A DNA stretch of 64,000 bases from Felis catus (taxonomy: Eukaryota). The stretch covers positions 170,564,001 to 170,628,000 of the forward strand of contig NC_058368.1 of assembly GCF_018350175.1 (NCBI RefSeq). Reading direction: 5' to 3'. Positions 10,761 to 22,750 of the stretch are shown in pieces. The position numbers were made by a program, and so were the translations under genes. A model generated the notes under the pieces. It was not told the origin of the DNA and searched no databases. It saw nothing but the letters and a program-made list of their open reading frames with translations. How positions within the stretch are numbered: position 1 is the stretch's first letter; every line of letters begins with the position of its first letter.

Positions 10761-12169
10761 ACTACCTCCTTTTGGAAGACATCACCTCTCCGTTGTCTGG
10801 AGGAAACTGGTTGGTATCAGATGGCCAGATTCAGGGAAACGAAGATGGGGAACAGGCCTTGCCCTACTTGTTAGACCCGAACTATGGATCCCAGGGTAAC
10901 TGCCCAAGGGACGGTGAGGTATGGTGAAGGGCACTGCACAAGCCGGGCCTATAAGGGGTGAGAAAATAGGTGTATGTTGGAATTGTGTGTTTATCTCTCA
11001 CAAACTGTCACATTCCTTTTCCTCAGTGGTTCATCCAGTAATTCTGTGTGGAATTCAACAAGATGTTGGAGATACGAATGCAAATGAGACAAGGTTCCTG
11101 ACCCCCAACTCCAGGAGATAAACCATGCAGGAGGGGAGGCTGCACAGCACCTGCCCCTCTGGAGCCGGGGAAGGTTACGTGGAGAAGAGGACAACTGCCA
11201 CGGATCTTGAAAGAAAGGTGAGTGTCAGGCGGGTGGTGGTGTAGAGACAAAATTCAGAGACCGAAGGGAAATGAAAAGGGCAGTGCAAAATCAGGAGTGA
11301 CTAAATGCTTGCTAGTTATTACCTTTGGGATATATGGAAACCAGTGACCTTTGAACTCAGTACAAAGAAAGCTAACTTTTCTGTATTCTGTCGTATGTTT
11401 TATTTAAAATTAAACAAAACAGGTTGATTAACAACTGTCGATTCTGGGCTTTGTTACATACACATTTCAATACTCTTTTTTTTTTTTTTACTTACTCCAT
11501 TTTATTTTACTCTTCATTTAGTTTTTCAAATAAAATTTACATATATCTTACCATCCATACATGCATGTATATACACTATTATGTACAGATACCCTGTGTG
11601 CTTGGCCAGAATTTCATTTCCTTCTGGAAAGTGACCCCTGGAAGCTACAACTGTGTTTGTTGCCTGAACAGGTTTGACGTTCCCACAAACCTCCAGGTAC
11701 CACTTGACCTGATGATGCTTGGATGTGAGCCTCTGATACTGGCTTTTCAAGGGGGGCAGATGGTCTCCAGGTTCTGTCTTCTTCTCTTCTCATTTGGCTG
11801 ACATGAGCTGGAGTTAGGAAACCCATGGACGTGGCACTGACTCACCTAGTGCTTGGCTGAGCTTGGAGCTCTTCCAGGAGATGGTGGGAAGGGCAGCTGT
11901 TGGCAGAAGAGATCCTCACCTAAATGGCACGGGGTTTCCCAGAAAGCCTGAGGAATATCGGGGTGGAGAGTTTCACTTTCCTTTAGCAATAAACAAATAA
12001 TCCACTTGATTCCAGATGAACTAAATGTCAAAGAGTGACATTTTTTCACGTTAGCTTATCTCTTTACCCTTTACCAGAGCTCAAAGAAGGAAATTACTAT
12101 TCCCCTTCCTGCCTGGAAATGACAATCACTCAACAGATATACCACACCTTGTATCACTTGGAACCAATT

Positions 12170-12170
<1 letters not shown>

Positions 12171-12201
<31 letters not shown>

Positions 12202-12395
12202 TTATTTATTTAGAGAAAGAGAGAGAAAAAGAGAGACAGAGAGCAGAGGAGGGGCAGAGAGAGAGAAAAAGAGAATCTTAAGCAGGGTCTTTTCAGTGGG
12301 AAGCCTGATTTGGGCTCCATTTCACAACCCAGAGATCATGACCTGAGGAGAAATCAAGAGTTAGACACTTAAGTGCCTGAGCCACCCAGGCGCCC
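12171..12395 (-). mobile_element. Can-SINE with (TATC)n-converted tail
   Basis: tRNA-like head ending gccacccaggcgccc; TSD gaac(c/t)aattttatc. Confidence 0.9.
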
Positions 12396-12410
12396 TGAAC
12401 TAATTTTATC

Positions 12411-12641
12411 TTTTTTTTTTTTTTTTAATTTTTTTTTTTCGTTTATTTATTTTTGGGACAGAGAGAGACAGAGCATGAACGGGGGAGGGGCAGAGAGAGA
12501 GAGGAAGACACAGAATTGGAAACAGGCTCCAGGCTCTGAGCCATCAGCCCAGAGCCTGACGCGGGGCTCAAACTCACGGACTGCGAGATCATGACCTGGC
12601 TGAAGTCGGACGCTTAACCGACTGTGCCACCCAGGCGCCCC
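12411..12641 (-). mobile_element. Young SINEC_Fc
   Basis: CpG-rich copy; TSD taattttatcttt. Confidence 0.95.
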
Positions 12642-12670
12642 TAATTTTATCTTTAAAAACAAATACTAAT

Positions 12671-12672
<2 letters not shown>

Positions 12673-12705
<33 letters not shown>

Positions 12706-12945
12706 TATATGTATGTATATTTATTTGCTATTTGATATAAATAGCAAATACATATATACATGTATATACATATATACATACATACGTACATATAGACATA
12801 TATATGTATGTATATACACATATATGTATATATATGTGTGTATATATATATATATTTTTTAAACAAAGGTCCTTTTTTCTTATAGTTCTTACGTAGTTAT
12901 ATACATATAACTATATATATATATATAGAACTATATATAGTTCTT
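12673..12945. repeat. Complex (TA)n/(TATG)n/(CATA)n repeat with internal palindromes
   Basis: Seen directly. Confidence 0.9.
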
Positions 12946-13209
12946 GGGTAAATAGCACTGCCTAGTGGCACTTAGGGTAAAATTTAGATCATACAGAGAA
13001 GTATCTCTCACTACTTTTCCTCATCTTCAGTGTGCTCAGCCCTGGTTGGTTTCCTCCTCTTCTGCCAATATGGCAGTCATATTCTCATGGTTCTGCCTTT
13101 GCTTGTGCCCTCGAATGAACTTCCAGATTTGTTACAGAATCCATTTCAATGTTGGGCAAACAATAAGTGTTCAATAAATACCTAATTCCATGGTTTTCAT
13201 TGAGTGCAT

Positions 13210-13460
13210 CAGTGTTCCCTAGGGATTCCTGAAATCCTTTTAGAGGTACAGCAATGTATTATGAAAAACCATTTCATAATAAGACAAAGAAGTTAATTGA
13301 CTTTTTTTTTTTTAACTCTTTTTGATCTCAGTATTTCAAATACGGGGAATATCAGTGGATATAATCTATATAATCAAAGCTTGGTGGAGTTCTTAGTGGT
13401 TTTAAGAGTGAATGGGTCCTAATTACACTAAGTCTTGGAGTAATTAAGAATTACTGCCCT
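13210..13460. mobile_element. Possible old hAT/Charlie-type DNA transposon remnant
   Basis: cagtgtt... start and 'gatataatctatataatcaaagc...ttaagagtgaatgggtcct...' resemble MER-type consensus from memory. Confidence 0.35.
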
Positions 13461-14382
13461 AATTGATTGGCATATAGCCTCTTGGTGCTAGTATATATAA
13501 TATATAGTATATATTAAATATTATGCAACACTCAATTCTTCTCTCTGAGAATGTTTTAAAACCTGATGTTGCAAGATTTGGAATATGAATCAGTATTACT
13601 CTTAGATCCTCTAAGAGGATGAGCGGGGCCAGGATGGCTCTCAGGTTGTGAGATCCTGATATTCAGCTGCAGATTAGTTGGGATCAGTGGTCTGTTGAGT
13701 TCAGTTAGTACTAGATAGATGATTGGCTTTGGACTAAAACAATGAAAGGATAAATCAAGAATGTTTAAATTGTTAATGAAATGTATCAGTCTGAGTGTTT
13801 AGAATCAGTTTTAGCTATTTTCAGCAGAAGATGAATTTATTAAAGAGCATTAGGAATCTTTCCAAATTTTTGTGGCCTTTATGGCTGCAAACAGTGTCCA
13901 GATCATCCCAACACATTTATATGGCCAGTACTGGCCCTAGATGCTGGGTGTCCCTGGTGCCTCTGAAAGCTGGGGGGTATTGGCCATCACCCTCACTGGA
14001 ACAGATTACACGTAGCACCTCCTCCATAGCAATGACTTAAAGTTCATATTGTCATAAGAGTACATCCAGTTGGGAACAGTCCAGTCACACCTGTACCCAA
14101 GTCACAAAGGAAGCCAAGAGAGTGAGATTCTGTGGTTCTATTTTGGAGATGCAGGGACTTCAAGTGTGAAATTCTCCAAACAGAAAGAGTGTGCACAAGG
14201 TATTTGGTGTCAAAAAGTAGGTCTTCCCATAGTCTTCTGCTTGGCTGTCCAACACATACACTTATTCCATACTTTAAATTCCTAGCAACAGTAATACAAC
14301 ACTAACCTTCAAACAAATAAAAGCACACTTACCCTCTCCCCTAAAAAGAGAAACAATTCTCTATCAGTTAAAAATGATTTTA

Positions 14383-14578
14383 GGGGCTCCTGGGTGGCTT
14401 AGTCAGTTATATGTCTGATTCTTGATTTTGAATCAGGTCATGATCTCACAGCTTGTGAGTATGAGCCCCAAGTTGAGCTCTGTGCTGACAATGAGGAACT
14501 TGTTTGGAATTCTTTCTCTCCCTCTCTCTCTGCCCCTCCCCTGCTCACTCTGCCTCTCTCAAAATAAATAAATAAGTT
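14383..14578 (+). mobile_element. Can-SINE
   Basis: ggggctcctgggtggcttagtcagtt head, CT tract, aaataaata tail. Confidence 0.9.
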
Positions 14579-15329
14579 ATAAGATGGCTACCAACAGCTG
14601 TAGACATCAGATTTCATCAACCCTTCCCGAGCAGGAAAAAAATGGAAACAGGCAAAATTACTTCTCCATCTGAGGCTTTGTTCTTTTAACTGGGGGGTGG
14701 GGGGGGGGTGGGAGGGGTGGGGAAACCCAACGACCAGCCAGATATTACTGGGCAGACCTGACTCATATTGCTATCATTTGGCTAGTCACTGATAAAGAGG
14801 AATGATTAAGACCAAACATGGTTTATCACTTAGGGCTGGGGAAAGAGCAATGGTCACCATCTAAACATGAAACTGGAATGCTGTTAGAAGGAAAGAAATG
14901 GCAGACATTAGTGTTACATTGGCAATGGATACTGTCTTCTGATTCATAATACCAAAAAAAACGCTTATACCATTCATTGTTTGCTAGAGATTGTTTTTAC
15001 TGAGTTATGGGTTAAACATGTTTTAAACAAAATAAATTTGTTTTTGTGTATAATTTAACAATGGCCAACTATTTTAGTATGAAAGGAAAGTGCGTGGATG
15101 TTAAAGAGTTAAAATGGTCCAAATAGTCCAACTTTTCCTGCCTTGTGAACCTGGCTCACCATCTCTGAGTAGCTGTAAGTGATGAATACAACACTTCTTG
15201 AATTGGTAGCAGCATGGCTCTTAGAGAAGAATCTAGAAGGTAAGATTTAAAGTCATAGGTGATATTTGTGACAGAGGCTCCTGTATAAATGTAACCCTGC
15301 TCTCCAATATAAATTTGCTTTAAAAAAAA

Positions 15330-15499
15330 TTTTTTTTTAATATTAGAGCGCAGGGGGGAGAGGGGTAGAGGGAGAGAGAAAGAATCCCAAGCAGGCTCCA
15401 TGCTCAGCGCTGAGCCCAGTGCCGGGCATGACCCCACTACCCTGGGATCATGACCTGAGCTGAAATCAAGCTCAACCTACTGAGCCAACCAGGTGCCCC
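15330..15499 (-). mobile_element. Can-SINE
   Basis: Head ends aggtgcccc; TSD aaatttgcttt. Confidence 0.9.
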
Positions 15500-16003
15500 A
15501 AATTTGCTTTTAATAGCCTCCAAAATTGCAGGCTTTCTCCAACTTAAGGTATGGTGCCACATGGTCTCATTGCTCTCACCTGACCTCTCCTCAGGTCCTC
15601 ACTCAACTGATTAAGTCAACATGAGCATAGTAGCTCCTTGGATAATTGGGGTTTTAAAAAAGCTTTATAGAGGTATAATTGCACACATGTAGTATATATA
15701 TCTAGATGAGTTTGGACATATGCCATGATACCCATGATAGCATCACCAGGATCACGGCTGGGTCACAGTGCCCTCTGCTGATTCCTGGAGTCCCATGCTC
15801 ATTCAGCACAAGGAAGGAAAGTCACTCAGATCTAGTACAGGATGTGTGGGCAAAATGCTGATGGAGTTCCTGTTTTCAGCACCTCATTGCTCAGTATCAA
15901 CATCTTGTGAAAGTTAAGGATCCAAAGGGCATTTCAGTCAAGTGATGGCAAAAAGAGCTAGTTTCATCTCTTTTTCTCACTTAAAAATGTTAAGTGACCT
16001 AGT

Positions 16004-16483
16004 ATTTTTTTTATATGAAATTTATTGTCAAAGTGGTTTCCGTACAACACCCAGTGCTCATCCCAACAGGTGCCCTCCTCAATACCCATCACCCACTTCC
16101 CCTCCCCCCCCCCATCAATCCTCAGTTTATTCTCAGTTTTTAAGAGTCTCTTATGGTTGGCTCCCTCCCTCTCTAACCTTTTTTTTTCTCTTCCCATCCC
16201 CTCCCCCATGGTCTTCTGTTAAGTTTCTCAGGATCCACATAAGAGTGAAAACATATGGTATCTGTCTTTCTCTGTATGACTTATTTCACTTAGCATAACA
16301 CTCTCCAGTTCCATCCACGTTGCTACAAAAGGCCATATGCCATCCTTTCTCATTGCCAACTAGTATTCCATTGTGTATATAAACCACAATTTCTTTATCC
16401 ATTCATCAGTTGATGGACATTTAGGCTCTTTCTATAATTTGGCTATTGTTGAAAGTGCTGCTATAAGCATTGGGGTACAAGTG
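16004..16483 (-). mobile_element. L1_Fc-type 3' end
   Basis: Reverse complement of felid L1 3' UTR (atgaaatttattgtcaaa...caacacccagtgctcatcccaacaggtgccc) and ORF2 end. Confidence 0.95.
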
Positions 16484-16513
16484 CATTCCTAATATTAGAA
16501 AGAAGATGTTAGC

Positions 16514-16746
16514 GGGGCACCTGGGTAGCTCAGTCAGTTGAGCGTCCGACTTCAGCTCGGGTCATGATCTCGCAGTCTGTGAGTTCAAGACTGAGCTCAG
16601 AGCTGTACTGAGCTGTATTGACAGCTCAGAGCCCGGAGCCTGTTTCAGATTCTGTGTCTCCCTCTCTCTCTGACCCTCCCCCGTTCATGCTCTGTCTCTC
16701 TCTGTCTCAAAAATAAATAAACGTTAAAAAAATGAAAAAAAAAAAA
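16514..16746 (+). mobile_element. SINEC_Fc
   Basis: TSD agaaagaagatgttag. Confidence 0.95.
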
Positions 16747-16864
16747 GAAAGAAGATGTTAGGGAAGGTTTAGAATGTTTTCAGGGGGGTTATATTGAACT
16801 AAAACTATCTCAAGATATCATCTACATGAAAATATACTACATTTGGAAGAAAGAATGTTTACTT

Positions 16865-17063
16865 ATTTTAAAGTTTATTTATTTTGAGAAAGGGAGGGAG
16901 AGCGTGAGCAGGGAAGGGGCAGAGAGAGAGAGAGAATCTCAAGCAGGCTCTGCACTGTCAGCACAGAGCCTGTTGAAGGGCTCGAATCCACAAACCGTGA
17001 GATCATGACCTGAACCTAAATCAAGAGTCAGACGCTTAACCAACTGAACCACCCAGGTGCCCC
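16865..17063 (-). mobile_element. Can-SINE
   Basis: TSD aagaatgttt(a/g)ctt. Confidence 0.93.
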
Positions 17064-17084
17064 AAGAATGTTTGCTTTTAAAAA

Positions 17085-17790
17085 TAAAATGAACAAATCA
17101 GCAGACTATAGATGCTGGAGAGGATGTGGAGAAACGGGAACCCTGTTGCACTGTTGGTGGGAATGCAAACTGGTGCAGCCACTCTGGAAAACAGTGTGGA
17201 GGTTCCTCAAAAAATTAAAAATAAATCTACCCTATGACCCAGCAATAGCACTGCTAGGAATTTACCCAAGGGATATAGAAGTACTGATGCCTAGGGGCAC
17301 TTGTACCCGAATGTTTATAGCAGCACTTTCAACAATAGCCAAATTATGGAAAGAGCCTAAATGTCCATCAACTGATGAATGGATAAAGAAGTTGTGGTTT
17401 ATATACACAATGGAATACTAGTTGGCAATGAGAAAGGATGGCCTTTTGTAGCAACGTGGATGGAACTGGGGAGTGTTATGCTAAGTGAAATAAGTTATAC
17501 AGAGAAAGACAGATACCATATGTTTTCACTCTTATGTGGATCCTGAGAAACTTAACAGAAACCCATGGGGAAGGGGAAGGGAAGAAAAAAAAAAACGGTT
17601 AGAGAGGGAGGGAGCCAACCGTAAGAGACTCTTAAAAACTGAGAATAAACTGAGGGTTGATGGGGGGTGGGGGGGAGGGGAAAGTGGGTGATGAGCATTG
17701 AGGAGGGCACCTGTTGGGATGAGCACTGGGTGTTGTATGGAAAACAATTTGACAATAAATTTCATATTAAAAAAAAGAATAAAACAATTA
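17085..17790 (+). mobile_element. L1_Fc-type 3' end with ORF2 C-terminal cysteine-rich region
   Basis: ORF 17068-17421 [29 protein letters not shown]; 3' UTR; A tail. Confidence 0.95.
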
Positions 17791-17970
17791 AAGAAAATGA
17801 AATACTCAGCTGTAGCCCTTGCCCACCATTCTCCGTATCATTTAATAAGAGAATACAAGCTTCAGATATTAACAAACCTGGATTTGAAACCCAGGCCTCC
17901 TATACAATGAGTACCTGACTTTGGACAAATGTAGCATGGAAGACCTGCAGCTGCAAATATCAAAAATAGA

Positions 17971-18280
17971 ACTTGAGAAACTCAACAGAAGACCATGGGG
18001 GAAGGGAAGAGGAAAAAATAGATACAGACAGAGAGGGAGGAAGGCAAACCATAAAAGACTCACATACAGAGAACAAACTGAGGGTTGATGGAGGGGGTGA
18101 GAGGGGAAAATTGGTGATGGGCATTGAGAACACTTGTTGGGATGAGCACTGGGTGTTGTATGTAAGCGATGAATCATAGGAATCTACCCCAAAACCAAGA
18201 GCACGCTGTACACACTTGTATGTTAGCCAATTTGACAATAAATTATATTTTTTAAAATGCAAAAAAAAGTAAAATAAAGA
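17971..18280 (+). mobile_element. L1 3' UTR fragment (different carnivore subfamily)
   Basis: gaccatggggaaggga...gatgagcactgggtgttgtatgtaagcgatgaatc...gccaatttgacaataaa plus A tail. Confidence 0.9.
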
Positions 18281-19074
18281 CATCTATAAATTTTATTTTT
18301 CATTAAAAAAGTGGCAGAAAGAGAAATGACATTTTAAGTAGAGAAAACATGTCACATCACTTTCCAGGAACAATTAATGCTACATTTTTAAATGAATCCT
18401 GAAGAAATAAAATGTAAATCACATAGAATATAAGAGTGCTTCATGTTTTTTCTCTTTAAATTTATTACAGCAACTTAAAAATATATCTCTCTCCTTCAAA
18501 AACAATAACCAGCAAACTGCCTTCTTAAAAACCCATATCATTTGGCACTTTTTTTGTGACTAGAAAGTGTTGGCTGTGGAAAACTAAATTGCCAGTTATA
18601 GTTAGTGTCCTGTAAAAAGTTTGTGCTCCAGACTTTTCCCAAGTTTAAGGCTTTAACTGCTCCCAAGCCAAGGGCTTGCCCTATACAGGAATGAGTAATG
18701 GTGGCTTTAAATCATTTCATACCTAACTTTCTTAACTATAACCTCTTTGACCATTTATTTTATGAGCTGTGTCTAAAGTGATGAAGTGAAGGGATATCAG
18801 GAAAGCAGGAGGAAGAGACTGTGGAGAAAAGACAGCATGTTGAGAGGTATTGCTCCTCACCACTTGGGACTAAGTATATCTGTAATTTCTGGCTTCACCC
18901 AGTCCACATTCCAGTCTCTGGTTTGCCAGTGGATGGAGTACTGCCTCGTTCTGCCATGCAAGCCCAGAATACAACACAGTACTGGGCCTGTTTCTTTGCA
19001 TTCCACAATCCAACCGTACTCAACCTCTTCTTTTCCTGAACATGTGCTAATCTTTAGGCGTTTATACTGCTTAC

Positions 19075-19113
19075 TTGAAATTTTCCAATATGTCCATAGC
19101 TTTCCATTCCCAT
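19075..19113 (-). CDS. Candidate alternative first coding exon MGMESYGHIGKFQ| (phase 0)
   Basis: aaaagcATGG (strong context) ... TTT CAA|gtaagc in non-repeat DNA, about 300 nt downstream of a TATA-like box. Confidence 0.45.
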
Positions 19114-19406
19114 GCTTTTGCATAATGTTCTTGATGCCCTCTCTGCCAATCTCCAAAGATAAAAGGAGAAAGCATTGCTTCTGGAATAAACCTCACCTGC
19201 TGGCAGGCCTGATGGTAGCTTCGTAGTCTTTTCAGCTTTGAAATGAGGGTTTAATAAATTCACTGCTAAAAAAAAAATGCACTGCTCACTAGGGCTCTTG
19301 GAAAATGCCACATCCACAACAAAGCCTGCTTTCATCATCCAGGTAGGACTGCATGTCTCTTGGGCACCTCCCTGCGCTGTATGTCTGAGGGGGTTGACTC
19401 CCATTC

Positions 19407-19413
19407 TTATATA
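19407..19413 (-). promoter_or_regulatory. TATA-like box (TATATAA) of a candidate alternative promoter
   Basis: Minus strand ccttatataagaatggg; downstream donors at 19197 (CAG|gtgagg) and 19075 (CAA|gtaagc). Confidence 0.4.
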
Positions 19414-19663
19414 AGGTGTTCTGTTTAAGTACCCTCATGGCTGAAAATAAATCTGTGTCCTGGAGATCATAGGTCTGAAATAATCTGGCCTACCTTTTTG
19501 GAAATGACATTTTTCACCTTCATAATATATGTGTTTGTTTTCATGTAAAATAATGCATAGGCTTTCAGTTGGTGTGTACCAGAACACATTGGTGATTTAG
19601 CAAATGGTCTCCAGGTATGTGTTGAGATCTGGAATGACCCCAGTCAAGTCGCCTCCAGCTTTT

Positions 19664-19875
19664 TAAGTATTTGTTTTGTTTTGTTTTGAGAGAGAGAGAG
19701 AGAGAACACGCTTGAGTTGGGGAGGGGCAGAGAGAGGGAGAGAGAGAATCCCAAGCAGGCTCTGCACTGTCAGCACAGAGCCCTACACGGGGCACAATCT
19801 CCTGAACTGTGAGATCATGACCTGAGCCAAAATCAAGAGTCAAATGCTTAACTGACTGAGCCACCCAGGCACCCC
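19664..19875 (-). mobile_element. Can-SINE
   Basis: (GA)n, head ends caggcacccc; TSD gcctccagcttt. Confidence 0.93.
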
Positions 19876-21469
19876 AAGGCTGCCTCCAGCTTTAATCAGA
19901 CCTGTTACTATACATGAGTGTGCCGCATATATGTAGGCACTTTCTGTTTGCCAGTATGTGACACATGTTGAAAAACACTGCATAGTTGGTTCCTTGCACA
20001 CATCCTGTCTCCTGCGGTCGTGCATGTGAGAGGCGTGTCTCTGGATAGACAGAGCTGGGCTATTATTCATCTGTGAATCCCCTTGTTGACTGGCAAGATG
20101 GCTTGAGTACCTCCTCAGTGAGTGTCTGCTCCAGGTAATTGAGTTGAATGAAAGAGAGAGGAAAGTGGATCAACCAGAGCAGACCAAATCAGACCCGTTG
20201 CTACAAAGCTGCAAAGACCCCAGAGCTTCCATTAGGCCTGCCAGGGTGTTTGGCTCACTCCAGAAGCAGTGCCTTCTCCTTCACCTCATTTTCTTCCTTT
20301 CTCCCTATGGCCTCCATATTAAACTTGGACATTATTATTTATTTAAATGAATATAAGCCAAGACAATGTTATGAAAGTAAAAGGAAAAAGATACTAACCC
20401 AAGAAGGAGAGAAGAGAGGCACACATCTTGTCCAAATGCTGCTGTTGTCCCATGGATCTGGAATTCAGAACTCAGTGGTGGTTGCCTATCTGGCACTTGT
20501 ACCTCAGGAACTTGGAGAAGGTGCCACAGTGAAATAGGAACACAGATCAGCAGTTGACAACATTGGCCAACTGGTAGTGGTGTCTCTGAGTGAATGCCAT
20601 AAGGCTCTGAGGTTCTAGTCTGGAAAATCTGCTAACAAGAACCAACCATTGCTTATGGAATGAATTACTTGTCTGGATCAAAGAAGTTCAGGGGGTCCTG
20701 CTGGCTGGAACCAAAAGGAATGTCTTCTTCCCACCCTAGCTTTGTAGTCTCCCTCCAACAACCTCTTATTTGTGGAGCCTGACAGGACACTGTCACTCTA
20801 ATAAGTGGAGGCATTTGAAAAAGTTTGGCCAAGACTATTGTTTAGTTAGTGGTATACAGTCTTTCTGTCTTCAAAGCCTGTTCTACTTAAGGAAACTGGC
20901 ACAGTGTCATTAATATTGAACAGGAGTATTTTTGTACATCCCATAAATTCTGGGGTGTTCTGGCTGGGATTAATTAGTTACTAGCAAGCTCCTTTTCTCC
21001 ACCTTGGGGAAAGATCTGTACTTGTGCAAATAAAAAAAAAAGGTGAGCTATGAATTTTCTTATCAACTGGAGAAATCTTCTCACTGATCTGGTGCCTTGA
21101 TGTGAATAGCTGTGAAAAGTTCATATCCAATTGCCCTCCAGACCTATTTGAGAAGTACATCAGAAAAACAACCTGGTTAATAGAGGGCATGTCTCATTCA
21201 TTACTGGCTTTTATTTCCTTCAGAGCCCAGCACACTTAGGAATATGGAATTATTTGTAAACTGTCTTCCTGATTCACCTACCCTTCTGGTAAACCTTCCT
21301 ACTTCCAGAAGAGAAATATTATAGCCAGCCAGAAACTGATTGTTAAGCTACAAACTTCTCAGCTTTCAGGAAGGCAATTAAAACTTAAGGGTCCTTACCT
21401 TATGGAAAGTGCTAGGTAGCAAGGCTATAGGCAATGTCTGATAGCCCTTTCTTTTCTAAATTTTCTGTT

Positions 21470-21895
21470 TGGAATTTAATTTACATATATGTAAATGTAC
21501 ATATATTAAGTGCTCAGTTCAATAAATTTTGGCAATTGTATACATTGATGAAACTACTAAACAAACCAAGATCTGAACTTTTCTGTCACCCAGAACACTA
21601 CCTCTCGTCCCTTTCCAGTGGGTTTCCCTCTTTTCCACACACAGATCTCAAAAACAAGTATCTTGATTTCTATAACCATAGTGTTGCCTGTTCTTGGATT
21701 TCACATACATAGAACCAGTGTGTACGTTGTGTCTAGCTTCTTTCACAAAACAGTGTCTTGAGATTCATCCATGGTTTTGTGTATTTCAGTAGTTTCTTCT
21801 TTTTATTGCTATTTAGTATTTCTTTGTATGAATTCCTACAATTTATTTCTCTATAGACATTTTGGTTGTTTCTAGTTTTGGATTGTTTAAATTTC
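21470..21895 (-). mobile_element. Old L1M 3' UTR fragment
   Basis: 'gagattcatccatggttttgtgtatttcagtagtttcttctttttattgct' is typical of reverse L1MB/ME. Confidence 0.65.
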
Positions 21896-22564
21896 CTTTT
21901 TAAAAATATTCAGATTATTTAACTGGAGTAGACTTCACATAAAATTGTGAAAGGAGAGCGTGTATTTTTGCAAAGAGGAGGCTTCTTTAACAAAGATTCA
22001 TTTTTTTTTTCTTAATAGAAAATAGAACTGGGTTTGTCCTGGAGGAGAGAGGATTTCAAACAGACTTCCAAAAGTTTTCAACTGTAAGGTCTGAGGTACA
22101 TGGAATTCTTTTCCAAGGGGACATGTGGCATCTCCTTAAAAAGTAAGACCTTAATGATATTCATTCTGGTTTATTTGGGATGATTGGGATGAAATTCAGA
22201 GGCAAATGGAAGGGCCAAATCAGTATACTCCAGATGTTATTTTTTAGTCCTAAGCTGATAGAACCATGATTCTTTCAAGAAACTACTTCATTAGCTCCCC
22301 AGGTGCAGAGATGTGCGAGGCTCTCTGGTTAAATTCTCCACATTGCTTGTACAAGAACTTCAGCTTCCTTCCCCTAATATGTTGAAATTGCATCCTGTGC
22401 TTAATTTTTGTGTTCCTTCCGTCATTTGCTTGTTTAATGCACATTTGAGTACCACCTCTGAGCTTTGATAGAGGTGAAGGTTGAATAAAATATACTTCTT
22501 TTAACATTATATAAATTGATTGAGGCCTCTTGTAAGGGTCCATTATAAAAGTATTTCCAGTATA

Positions 22565-22750
22565 GGGGAATGGGTGGCTCAGTCCATTAAGCATCTGACT
22601 CTTGACTTTGGCTGAGGTCATGATCTCACGGTTTGTGAGATCTAGCCCTGTGCTGACAGTGCAGAGCCTGCTTGGTATTCTCTCTCCCTCTCTTTCTGCT
22701 CTTCCCCCACTCACACATGCCCCCCCCATAAATAAATAAACTTAAAAAAA
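22565..22750 (+). mobile_element. Can-SINE
   Basis: TSD aaaag(t/c)att(t/c)ccagtata. Confidence 0.9.

Noticed and set aside
11020..11260. Plus-strand donor AAG|gtgagt near 11218
   Set aside because: Lies in sequence resembling an L2 remnant; no supporting exon structure
18723..18754. Minus-strand ATG...AG|gtatga (MVKEVIVKKVR)
   Set aside because: Phase 2, inconsistent with the other candidates; may be chance
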